Positions 1 to 12,700 of a DNA stretch of 64,000 bases are shown piece after piece; the stretch's first letter is position 1; each line of letters opens with the position of its first letter. Source of the stretch: Hormiphora californensis (Eukaryota > Animalia > Ctenophora); contig CM035351.1 of assembly GCA_020137815.1 (NCBI GenBank), positions 6,014,001 to 6,078,000 of the forward strand, given 5' to 3'. The notes under the pieces were generated by a model. It worked only from the letters and a program-made list of their open reading frames with translations. It did no database searches and was not told the DNA's origin. The translations under genes and the position numbers were made by a program.

Positions 1-381
1 CCCTCCGTCCCCCCGGGGTACAAAAAATAACATAAACCCCGCCCCGATCACACAGTTATATGAGAGGGTATGTGGTGAGCTCACGTTTGTGCTGGTATCG
101 TTGTCACGTGTTCACCAACTGTGTGATGGGATCATGATCATGTTCAAGAGATGATCTTACAGAGCCATAATATGACGTCAGTACCATGAGGCAGGGGGAC
201 AAGGAAGTATCAGGATTCAACTTAGTGTTGATCTCAGAATGGGCCAGGGGTGCGGAATAGTGGGCAATTTGAGTTATATAACAGGACCGGAAAGGGCGGA
301 ATCATGACAAATAGTCGGAGGAAGGAGAGACCATTAGTTTAATGGAAGAAGGAGAGATTGAATGGGTGGTGAACTGCTTAC

Positions 382-445
382 CGTGATCGCGGCACCGGGC
401 ACATGCTTGTATCCTCCCATTTTTCTTCGCATATTCAGTCTTCAT
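382..445 (-). CDS. DMRT: First coding exon of a DM-domain (doublesex/mab-3, DMRT) transcription factor; the gene continues leftward
   Basis: Minus strand reads ttgtag|gaaaaaaccATG then MKTEYAKKNGRIQACARCRDH-G|gtaag. CARCRxHG is the start of the DM zinc motif. Too short for the ORF track. Confidence 0.75.
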
Positions 446-968
446 GGTTTTTTCCTACAAAACACAGACGTGGCGAGTTAGAAGTGATGTATTTAGGAAA
501 TTTGGATACGAGATTGTACATGATGTGAGCGTTATTGATCTATTGGAGCAGTACAGTAATTTGGGTGAGAATTGGTTAATTTGCCAGGAAAACTGAAAGA
601 GTGATATCTATAGAGGGCAAGAGATCAGTTGCTTGCGTGCCGGGGTAAATAAAATGCAAAATATTCCCTCGGCATACTATGTACTAATGACTTGTCGACC
701 ATTATTTACCCCTATCTCTCTCTATAAGCAGCAAGTTATTGAGTTAAAAAGGAGCGATATCATTGGCTAGGCAAACAGAAATCCTATAACTTATAGTATA
801 AGAAAACTGGCAAAACTAAGTTGCGAAAGGCATCATCACGATGGCAAGATGCAAATTATCTGAATAGTGAATGTCGACTGAACAGAGAGAGGGAGAGGAG
901 AGAGAACAAAGGAAAGAGAGATTAAAATGCTGATCTTCATATCAAGATCATCATAGCTTCCAGGGCAG

Positions 969-1040
<72 letters not shown>

Positions 1041-1139
1041 TTCTCTCTCACTCTCTCTCTCTCACTCCCACTCTCTCTCTCTCTCTCTCCTCTCATCACG
1101 TGGCGCACAGGTGTACCATATCAGGGTGGAAGCACGTGT

Positions 1140-1530
1140 CCAAAACAGTACCCCACCGCAACTACACCATATCTCAACAGGAGGGGTACCCTACCACCCC
1201 CTCCGCCCCCACCACCCACCCCCACCCGGCACCCCGGCCCCCTCCACAAATTCCACAACTTAACCATATCTGAACAGCAGAGGGTACCCCACCGCAACTA
1301 CGCCATATCTCAACAGGAGGGGTACCCCACCAGTCACCACCCCCTCCGCATCCCCCCCACCACCCACCCCCACCCGGCACCCCGGCCCCGCCACAAATTC
1401 CACAACTTAACCATATCTGAACAGCAGAGGGTACCAACTACCCACCACCGCCCCCCCAACCATCCACACTGTACCTTGTTGTGCCCCACCCTGCATGTAC
1501 CACTGTACCTTGTTGTGCCCCACCCCATGT
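1140..1530. repeat. GC-rich imperfect tandem repeats
   Basis: Repeated blocks accatatctcaacaggaggggtaccc, ccccacccggcaccccggcccc and ccacaaattccacaacttaaccatatctgaacagcagagggtacc. Confidence 0.7.
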
Positions 1531-2306
1531 ACCCTGTAACTGTACCATACCATTGACCCGGTTATCATGAGAGGTGGAAGGAGGGGTCAATTTGGTGAGA
1601 GATAGACACACACACATAGATTGAATTCTTCACAACTTGAGGTACCTCCTTCAAGTGTGCAAGTATGTAGTAACTGTCACCAGGTTAGACATAAATACCT
1701 AATTACCATTATACTGAATCTGAATTGTCGGTACTACAGAATATAAGGAGTATTGATCGATGAATATGTTAATGTATGCAGCGTTCATGTGTGGTGTCTG
1801 ATTATGGAAATCAGCACGTCTCACACCACTTGCAATGAATAATGGTTAAGTGCTCAAATAGCTCCTTATATTGGTCAACTTATAATAGTTATTGATTCAC
1901 CAATTCACTCAATCGCAACACACACAAGATACAATGTAAAACAAGTATTGCGGCCGGTAGGGAGACTGGAAGAAAAGATGATGGCTTTTGAAAGTGATGT
2001 AACAGATCACGTGTGGGCAATGTGCAATCAACTGGTGTAGTGCAGCAGTTGGGGATTGTTGTTATCGATCTCTCTCATTCTGTTACTAGTTGGGGTGTGA
2101 GTGGCCCTACTCAACAAGCTCGGTGTGAAGATGTGTGTGATTCGGTGTGAAGATGCGCAGTGTGATTCGGTGTGACAGTTTGTTGGTACACACCTCGCAC
2201 GTGAGTATACAACACCACATACGAGCTGCAGTATAGGAATTGTACCAGTTAGGCCATGTTCTGTAGCACGATTTAACAAGTGCGGTACGTGGGGGAGGAA
2301 ATAGTA

Positions 2307-2341
<35 letters not shown>

Positions 2342-2692
2342 CATCTGGTGTATTATAGGCCCCTTACTCAACAAGGCCATACAGTGTCTCACTATCCATC
2401 TATCAGGCCATGCAATGTTACACTCTCTTGTCTCACTCACTTGTATCCATACTTCCTGTTCACGACCCCACTAAAAGCATGCCAGGTGATGATCAAACAT
2501 GTTGACTACTCAAATATCAACAAAGTACCACCCTAGGTTTGTTATTTTTGAAACTACTGCTGCTGGAGACTTCATATAGCCTATAGGGCCATAGGTAGGT
2601 ACAAAGTGCAGCCGCAAAAAGAGGGTTCAAAGAAAACTGGACTGAGAGAGAGTGTGATACAAGGAAGGGAGAGAGAGAAAGAGAGAAAGAGA

Positions 2693-2808
<116 letters not shown>

Positions 2809-3850
2809 GAGATGGGGCCACATATATTCACACGCCTCTAGTTAACCACAACGTGTAGTTTCCTTGAGAGGAGCTCACCACCTGATATGAGAGAGGTGTT
2901 CCAGTGCTGCAAAGTGCATTCTTCGTGCTATAACAGAACTTTGAGAATTGAAATGGCTATTATAGGAGTATGGGTACCTGCAGTACTCAATATGGTGACT
3001 AGATTGGGAACAAGATCCCCCCACATCCCGATCCCATTTCCAGTGTAACTACGTATGAATTGTTCAACAAGTACTTCTCGGTTATTCAATGAGCGAGGGT
3101 GAGATAGAGGGTGGTAAAATAACTGATTTATTGGTAAAAATAGGATTGAAGCGGCGTATCAGTATAGATTGAAGCATATAATTGTAGTGCTAGGCGCCTA
3201 TTGCTTTAGCAATGAATTGCTATTTGTCTACTTTTCACTCTTCTCAGCAGTGCATGAGAGAGGGTCGGTACAAAAGAGACAAATTGCTATTCATATTTCG
3301 CTACTCTAGGGAGGGGGGCTCTAGGGCTTTGTTGAGTAACAACTTGGGCTAGGAGTAGGATATATCACTGCTAAGATCGAACACCTAAAACAACCAAAAA
3401 CTGGTAAAGCATTGAGCTGCTTGACCAACCAACTGAGCTGCAACCAAACGTCTGCAGAGATATGAGAGGTCAGTGAAGCAGACTAAATAGGGGGAGGGAG
3501 CTAGAGAGAGATCCAGCTAAATAGGGGATCCATGTGACGGAGAGTGTTGATGTAGAGCAGTAGGTAGGGAAGTGATGACCCCGGTCCACCCAACCGCACA
3601 CTCCCGACTGCCGCTGTAACCACAACACACACTCATGTGGGTTGGGAGTGTGTGAAGGCCATATGAGAGTGAGAGAGAGATAGAGAGATAGTGAGAGAGA
3701 GAACCCCTGATCACGTTACATTATACCCAGTAGATCACGTGTCCCGTATCGTGCCGATCACACTGATAGGCAAAACGTGAGGTAGACTAAGCACATCCAC
3801 ACACTCTACATAGAGCCCGGAGTGTATTGTTGTGACGATCTGCTGCAGCT

Positions 3851-3974
<124 letters not shown>

Positions 3975-4539
3975 CCACTGTTTCCCTGCAAAGCATGGTC
4001 AATGACTACTGCACAATTCGAAGGAGAGACAACTCTGCTAGCTCTCTCTGTGTCACATGTACAGGGCCATAGAGAGTCACATGTACCTGTAACAGGTTGC
4101 CATGGAGATGAATCACGTGACTCCGCTCCCTAGCAACGCGCGTCTGTCGACACGTGTGGGAAGGTATCTGTGCGCGGCTGCCTACCCACAACACAGATAA
4201 CGCTCCTACCTGCCACCAGACACGTGATTCCTATACTGTCTATCGCTGGGAACCAAGTAATTGAGAGATCACGTGATATCCGTAAACGGCAAATGACGCG
4301 CGGCAAGATCGGAGGAGCCTTGACAGATCTAGTAACGTCCCTTCTAAACCAGAGTACAAACAAGGCGCCACAGATTGGATCCATCGCATCCTATTCTCGC
4401 TCCGCGAATAATAGGATGCCGGCCCGTTGAGAGCAAGAACTCACGTGCGCGCGATATAAAGCACGTTTTCAGCAGATCGCGCGTGATAGACCGTTTTTGG
4501 AGACCTTTTTAGCTGACCTAGCACTACTCAAACGTCAAT

Positions 4540-4800
4540 TACCGCCTCATTTCGCATCGTGATGAATCGGCGGGTATTTTCCCATACTCACAAGGCCATG
4601 ACGATTCACCCAGTACCCGCAGATTGTCTCAGGACCGAGTAGGAGCTTGCAGCCAGGTCTTTAAAGAATTGCTCATGTTTAGCGTCAATTTTGACCCACT
4701 ATTCCTCAAATGCTGATACTCGCGGGTATTTTCCGTAAAACTAGAGACAATTAGCTGCCAGGAGCAACAAACGAGATGCAAATCGGTTTAGTAGTTCCTT
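4540..4800. mobile_element. Diverged remnant related to the MITE at 8436-9090
   Basis: Shares gtcaattttgacccact, cgggtattttcc and gatgcaaatcggt in the same order as 8879-8981. Confidence 0.5.
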
Positions 4801-7098
4801 GCAGCCAGGTCTTTGAAAAAGTTTGCTCTAAAATCAATAACGCGCCGGAGGCCTAGATGTGAGATCGATCTCGGTCGCTGCGCGACCTCGATCTCACTCA
4901 GGCATCAATGTGGCCAACGCCACAGATAGTTTGACACAAAAACTGCAGTTGAAATTGTGGTTAGGTACCTCAACGTGGTAGCAACAGCTGTCTACTGCTG
5001 CTACCGACATCTGTTGCGGCGCCGCGACTTGTTGAGTAAGGGGTACTCAACAAGCCGCGACACCATTTTGACTTAATAATAATACTAATATTACGCTCAG
5101 ATCGGGTCGGTGCCACACCTCAGTCGGCAGCCATGTTAGAGCATTGGCCTGACCTCGTTTTGATCTCAATTCGGGTCGATGCTGACAGACGGGCCTGGCC
5201 CTTTTTTCAGACCGAGAACCGCGATCAGAGTATTGGCCTCACACTTCACAGGGGAGGGGGATAGTGGAACTGGAAAGAGAGGGCCCATCAGAAAGTCTCA
5301 CTAGCACTGAGAAAACACGTGAAGATGATGCAGAATAATCTGTATAATTATCACACAAACACACCTGGTTGGAGTCCTTAAATTTAGCAGGCTAAAGACT
5401 TGTTACAATTAAATCATCATGCAGTCTCCCTGTCTGGCGCCGCAAACCCCGATCTGAGGAAGATGTCTCGCCCTTCAAAATGATTTCAAGTCCTGATCTG
5501 GCAGCTGACTTCTAAAGTTATGTAATCCTGGCAGCTCCCACACTTGTCTTTTCTACGATTTTCTCACTGACAGCCTTGTCACTGTCAGCTCTCTGCAGAG
5601 AGACATGTCTCTCTCTATCTCCTTCTCTCCCACCCCTCTCTCTCTCACTGAGAGTCTCAGTGCGACTCTCACTCTCCTCCACCTCTTTCCAACCCCTCTC
5701 TCTATCCCCACCCCACCACCTCTCTCTCTCTCTCTCCCTCTCTCTCTCTCTCTATCCCCACCCCCACCCCCCTCTCTCTCTCCTCCAAGTCGCTGAGTAG
5801 TGCTAATGAGGTGACTGAGAAATAGTGCACTCACACAACAACATCCTAAGTAGGCACGTGCTAATACAAATCAAATATCCGTCATGACTCTCCCCTTACT
5901 CAACAAGTCATGACGCTGCACTAGCTGTCTGGCGCCGCAATGGAACTTCTACAGCTGTAACACGGTCGCTTGTAGTGGGAAAACGGTAATGGAAAACGAA
6001 AGATACAGTAAGACGACGCGCAACCGTGGCCAATCAGGGCGCTAGTACGTGCTGAACACATGTACTTTTTGCCGCGCGTTATGCACCGTGTGTGTCTCCT
6101 TACTGTATTTTCATTACGGTAATTTGACTACAAGCAGCACTGTAATGCTAGAGGGTTGGTAGGAGAAATAAGCTCTCCATAATATGGTGTGCTTAGCGCT
6201 GGAAAGGGAGAGGTAACTTTCTTACCAAGCTATAGAGAGGGGCCGCGGGAGGCATTTTGGAATTTGGCGGGCTCTTACTTCCAGACTTTCTATACGGTAT
6301 AGTACACCACTTGACATGTTCCTTGTCTGTCAGCTCTCACACCGGGCCGAAGGCCCGGTGTGAGCTTACGCGACAGACAGACAGACAGACAGACTGCGTA
6401 GCATGGCAATATACCACTATCTCGGGTCGGCCGACCAAGTAGTTCTACCAAGAAAAGGTCTGACCCTACTGCCCCGCCAATGCAGCAGTACTAAGGCACG
6501 GTGCTCAATAAGGGGGGCTTCGGAAACTGCTACTACGAGCACTGTCAGGGAAGCCTACCAAATTAAACCTGCATCTTTGTGTTCGATCTTAACAATTCTT
6601 GGTCTATCCCTAGTTGGTCGAATTGGCGCCACATCAATCTCTAATTCTGATTTCTTACATCTCTCCAAACCACGATCTCTCGTTGACTCTGTTTCTCTCT
6701 CTCCCCCTCTCTCTCTCTCTCTCTCGCACACTTTCCGGCGATTTCCTGGTTAAACGATGGAAAGACACGTGTCCCCCGCGACCCAAGGATCGATCAGCTG
6801 CACGTGCAATACCGTGCATTACACATGACACCCAACATGTGTACGTAGTGAACCCTACTAATTATTGCAATTTGTTCGAATTAAAACGTAATTCGGCAGT
6901 TGTAGGGAGAGGGAGCTGAGTCGTTTGCAGTGCACATTTTGCACCAGGCCCAATTCTCTGCACAAGGAATTAGGGCCTGATTAATGTGGTTGTGAATCCC
7001 TCACCCTACTGATTCTACAAAAGAAAACGCAGCACATAACTGTTGATAATTGAAATATTAAACACACAAACTTACATAAATGTTTATTGGTAGAATAT

Positions 7099-7185
7099 CA
7101 GGAACCGACCAATCAGAACTCGTTATTTAGGTCACTGGTTATCAGCCAATCAGGGACCAGTGTTTCCTGATTCGGTCGGTTCCTG
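7099..7185. mobile_element. hAT-type MITE
   Basis: TIRs caggaaccgacc/ggtcggttcctg flanked by 8-bp TSD tagaatat (7091-7098, 7186-7193). Second copy at 14526-14633. Confidence 0.85.
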
Positions 7186-7770
7186 TAGAATATATACTAG
7201 ATTTATAGTTCCTAGATATAATCTATTTAATCGTCTATAATTTACAAGCACCATATTCCACAATCAACCTATATGGGCGATTGGATGGGGCTTCTACATA
7301 TAAGGAGGGACCAGAATAACGACTGTTAAGCTGCAGCAATAATATTGGGGTCCCGTGATGAATATATCACATGTTGAGGATCAGGGTCTAGCTATATTAA
7401 CGTTTATTTTATAATACAAATCAACCCGGGCAGCAGAAATTAATATAAACTATAGAAATCAGCCATACATAACGTTTTTACTCAATAAACAAAACAGATC
7501 TCTTTTCAGTATCTTGACAGGTGACATGTTGTATTGTTCATACAGCACAAGTGACATGGTGTAACAGTGAAAAATGTAGATTTTCTTTATATTTTTGGTG
7601 AATAAAAATCCACAATTTGTGGCAGCTTGGAGTGGGAAACATTTATTAATATTTAACTAAGCTAAGGAGGGTGATGAACTCACATATAAAAAACCCTGTT
7701 AAAACTTGCTCTGAAGAATATCATCACAAAATGAGTTCGTGCAGCACTGGTTAATTCGTGCAAAAAGATA

Positions 7771-7903
<133 letters not shown>

Positions 7904-7975
7904 CCATTACACGCACCACTCCCGTGCGGGAACAGGGTTAAATCCCCCGAGCCCGGATCCTGTTGGATCTGAGGG

Positions 7976-8018
<43 letters not shown>

Positions 8019-8021
<3 letters not shown>

Positions 8022-9340
8022 CCACTACACGCACCACTCCCACATGGGGCCGTAAGGTCCCATGTGGGAACAGGGTTAAATCCCCCGAGCCCGGATCCTG
8101 TTGGATCTGAGGGCCCGGAGGGCCTGCGGAGTAAAGGTAGGTAGAACAATGTACAAAGGGGTAGGTTGAACAATGTACATATAGATTAAGGTAAGGAAAA
8201 ATAAAATAGGGGAAGTAAAGCTCATGGTGGCAGAGCAAAAGACCTCTTAAACTATCTGGAAAGAAGCTCAGCTTGCTGGAACGGAATCTAAGAAGAGTCA
8301 ACCTATCAGGAACAAAACGTCTGGAACAAAGCTTCTGGAACGGAATCTAAGGCAGTCTAAGAGCAAGCAGGAACGGGTGAAACGGTAAAAAACTAATACA
8401 AATATACATCTAGTGGGGTAACAGGAGGCTAATTACTTGGTGACATTGACACCTAGTGCGTGCGAGATCGAGCTCGCACATAGGTGTCCGTCCGCCCCCT
8501 AAAAAAGGGTCGTGTCTTTCAAGCCAAATTGCACGTGATCCACTAAACCGATTTGCATCCGGTTTGTTGCAAAAGACTACAAATTGGTCCTAGTTTACTG
8601 GAAAATACCCGAGAAGTTTGTCTGTCAACAGGAAGTGGGTCAAAATTGACACTGAAGTCAAATCTATAATCTGGCTTCCGAGCCTTTTTGCACCACTCCC
8701 AGACGGTGTAGAATGAATCTGAGGGTATCAGAAGATAGGTTGAACTCTTGTGAGTACTGGAAAATACCCGGCATTAATAGCTGATGCTAACTGCATCAAA
8801 ATATCTCCCAATATCTTCTAAATCGCATGGGCGTAGTGCACAAACTTTCGGAAGCCAGATTATAGGTTTGACTTCAGTGTCAATTTTGACCCACTTCCTG
8901 TTGACAGACAAACTTCTCGGGTATTTTCCAGTATATTAGGATCATTTGTAGTCTTTTGCGACAAACCGGATGCAAATCGGTCCAGTGGATCGCGTGCAAC
9001 ATCCCTTGAAAGAAACGACCCTTTTTGAGGCGGAGCAGACACCTGTGTGTGAGCTCAATCTTGGTCGCGCACGGTGTCTATGTCACCAAGCTAATTACAT
9101 GTCGAGAACTTTCCGGAGCGTGTTCATCGAGTTAAAGAGGACTGACTTTTGGAGCTGTGAGGGGTAGATTTGGCGGGTTATAGCAGTCAGGTACTTCTCC
9201 AGTCGGGGGCTGACTCCGCCAAGAGCTCCAATCACGATAGGGATGACCGTGGCCTTTTTAAGTTCCCAAATTCGTGTGAGCTCCCTCCGTAGTTCGGTAC
9301 TTCGGATTATCATCTCCCTGTCCGAGAAGACGGTCTTTTG
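8019..9340 (-). mobile_element. 5'-truncated RLE-type (R4/Dong-like) non-LTR retrotransposon within a (TC)n microsatellite, interrupted by a MITE
   Basis: ORF 9095-9313 (ELTRIWELKKATVIPIVIGALG...QLQKSVLFNSMNTLRKVL*) resembles the C-terminus of restriction-like-endonuclease LINE proteins. A hairpin-rich 3' UTR ends in (GA)n, and (TC)n lies on both sides. Extra 3'-end copies at 7901-7978 and 55422-55495. Confidence 0.7.
8436..9090. mobile_element. Non-autonomous DNA transposon with long imperfect TIRs
   Basis: TIRs cttggtgaca/tgtcaccaag with long internal inverted homology. 7-bp TSD ctaatta at 8429-8435 and 9091-9097. Confidence 0.85.
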
Positions 9341-9423
9341 GTAAATTCGCTCTAAGCGTCTAGATCTCCTCTATCGCGTATAGAGATAGTGTATATCTCT
9401 ATATCTCTCTCTCTATCTCTTCT

Positions 9424-9477
<54 letters not shown>

Positions 9478-9723
9478 TCTCTCCAAAATATCACACGAAT
9501 CAGAAAATTAATTTGGCACGATAAACAAAATGTAAAAAAAGATTCGGACTGCAACAAAAAACACAGCTAGCAGTATAATACCACCCTGACTCATTCCTTA
9601 CTTTCAAATAAAACAGAAAGCGAGAACAACATGACGTCATAGAAAGCACGCTATGACGTCACTTGTCACAATGAAATCATCACAGGACAATATCCAAAAC
9701 ACACCAGGAGAGATCAACACAAG

Positions 9724-12700
9724 CTAAAAAGAACTGGGGGGAGATATGAGCGCTTCACACGGCACAGAGTTCGAATAATCCCCACTGTGGACCTTTCGCC
9801 CTGTTATTCTCTTATCATAAACAGTCCCCTCTAACTGAGCCACTATTTGTATCTCCTCCACGGCAGACACATTTCCTACTGGTTTATCCCTCGGAGACAA
9901 GAGTCGCTCGATGATCTTCTTGATACTCGCACAGATCTTCTGTCCACCGTGCCGTAACTTGGTCGATTTCTTGTGCTTCGTATCTGTAACAGGGAAAAGG
10001 TTGTGAAACAATGCTTTGCAATAATATATCCAGTCAAGGGCTTCACTAAAAGTATAAAAGGTAAATAAGGTATTTCTGAAGGTAGGAGAGAGAGGGATGT
10101 AACACACCACGGAGAGCGAGTGGGTTGCCTTGTTTGAACAAAACAAAGAGTGGGGGAATAAATGAACCTATAAACTTAGAACGGGGGGGGGGGGGGGCCC
10201 GCGTGAATTTAATATCCATGTCCTAAATAAACACGTCCGACTTTAATGTCCCTGGGACATTAAAGGACATTAAAGGACATTAAAAGACATTAAAGGACAC
10301 TTAATTAAAACATGAATTTTCAGCTATTATTAAACTAAAATGGTGTTTTCAGCCACTTAATATTTACTCCTAATGTCCCCTCTATCGATTCCAACCAATA
10401 CCATGGATGTTGGGGGTGATTACGCCTCATTTTAGGGTGGCCCGGTACCTCAAAGCGAACCCCGGAAATTTTGAAGTTTTGGACTAAACGTCAAGGTTTT
10501 AGAGTGAAAATAGCCTCGATTTTGATGAAACTCAGTCAGAATGGTCTTTGGTGTCTAATTAGAAGTCAAAAAATGTTTAAGTGCTAAAATCCTAAATTTA
10601 GGTTTTCCTAGGTTTTTTAGGTTTTTTGTGGCTTTTATGGGTTTAGGAACGTCCTAGAACAAAATAAACAGAACCATCTTTCTCGGCGTGAAATTCTGTA
10701 TCGATTATAGTGGCTATAAACCTTTCTATGACGTAAGGTAAAAACCTTACCACATGAAGCATACCCGTTTGGTTAAAACATGTGGTAAGGTTTTTTAGGT
10801 TTTATTCGTTACACAGACATCGCAGATCAAAATGGTTTTCACTAAAATTATTTCCTCATCAATACACGTCGATTGAGTACCTATAACATGGTGTTCTGAC
10901 AAGAGGTTCGCCCGTTAGCCTAAAACATGTACCCGCCCCTATAAGATGTACCCGTTGGGATTTTTTGGGATAACTTCTTAACCTTACGCCATAGAAAGGT
11001 TTGTAGCCACTATAATCGATGCAAAATTTCACGCCGAGAAAGATGGTTTTATTCATTTTGTTCTAGAACGTTCCTGAAACCCATAAACGCCAAAAAACCT
11101 AAAAACCCTAAATATCGTAAATTTTGGGTTTGACCACTAAAACTTTTTTGACTTCTAATTAGACACCAAACACTATTCTGACAAAATCGGGGATGTTCTC
11201 TACTCGTTTCATAAGATGATTTTGAGATATCGTCTAGCGTAGAATTATGCACATGTAAAAGAGGTACCGCACCCACGGTCCACGCAAAAGCAAGCCTAAT
11301 CACCACTGAAAACTAATGAACATTAATTGGAATCGAAAGATGGGACCTTTAGTAGTACATTGGTGGTAGAAATGTTTGGTACCACATTTTGAAATGGTTT
11401 TTATTAGTTAAAATTTCTTGTCCTTTAATGTCCTTTAATGTCCCAAATTACCCCGGACAATTTAATGTCCCAAAAATCGAGGGACATTAAAGGACATTTT
11501 AATACGCGGGCCCCCCCCCCCTTAGAACACGTGAATGCTTCTCGAACAAAATAGACGACAAACAGGAGGTAAAAAGAGAACTCTAGTCAAACATTATGAA
11601 TTGGACAAGAACATTGACAGACAACGCGACGCTTCAAGTGGCACACTCGCACAGACACATCAACTAATAAGACAGTGCTATATTATGTATACCGCTTAAA
11701 AAACACAATCCTCGACCGAATCCGAGTCAGAGCCAACTGCAGAATGGTGATATGGTACCAGAATATGTGGATAATGTCTAGATTCTAAAGCTACATAAAT
11801 TCTAGATCATTAGATAATTAACCCATAATTAGTTAATTAAGATTAATTAATTAACCAACCTGATACGAGGTGAACATTATTGTTGTGCGAAGTCCCTGAC
11901 ACACTATGTGTCTGTCTGATTTTCTTGTTGCTAACTGTGTGTCTCCTGCTCCCTCCTGTCACCCCATGATCACTGTGTGCCCTGGATCGCCCTGTTTTTG
12001 GGACCGCCGTGTTCCTTGACCCTACCTCTGTCCGAACCTGAGAGTTGTGTTGTTTTAGTGATATGGGTTACCATGGTAACGCACACTCACGCGTGGGGAA
12101 ATCACACTCACGCGTGGGGAAATCACACTCACGCGTGGGGAAATCACACTCACGCGTGGGGAATCACACTCACGCGAATCACACTCCCACTCACTTCATC
12201 AGGCGGCGTATCTACAGCGGGGGTTATCCCTAGCTCCTAAAGGAGAGAGGAAGGATACTATCAAACACACCCACACATATAATTTCTATCAAATCACAGA
12301 CAACCACTATCAAGCAATCATTTCCTCAGTCTCTCTGAGCCCTACTCGTACACTTGATAAACTTTTGGCGGCCACTCCAATTATATCTCTTACCTCGAAC
12401 TCGATTATCTTTGATATAACATTTGATCCCTTTCCCGTACTTTGTCGGATGGATCGGTTCTTCCGAATCCGCCCAATGACAGCGGCCCCAACTTCACTCT
12501 GTGCGTCACTGTCCTCTAGAAATTCACCTGAGGTGACAAGATACTAGATAGGGATTAGGGAGGTGTATAATAAGGGGGTCGAGCTGCTGAGATGTGAGAT
12601 ATACTGAGTAGTGTCTCCTGCTAATAGTCCTTGAAATCTCAGACGAGAGTAAAATGACATTTGACAACAAAAGATTGTTACCTGGGTCCGGGGGGGGGGG

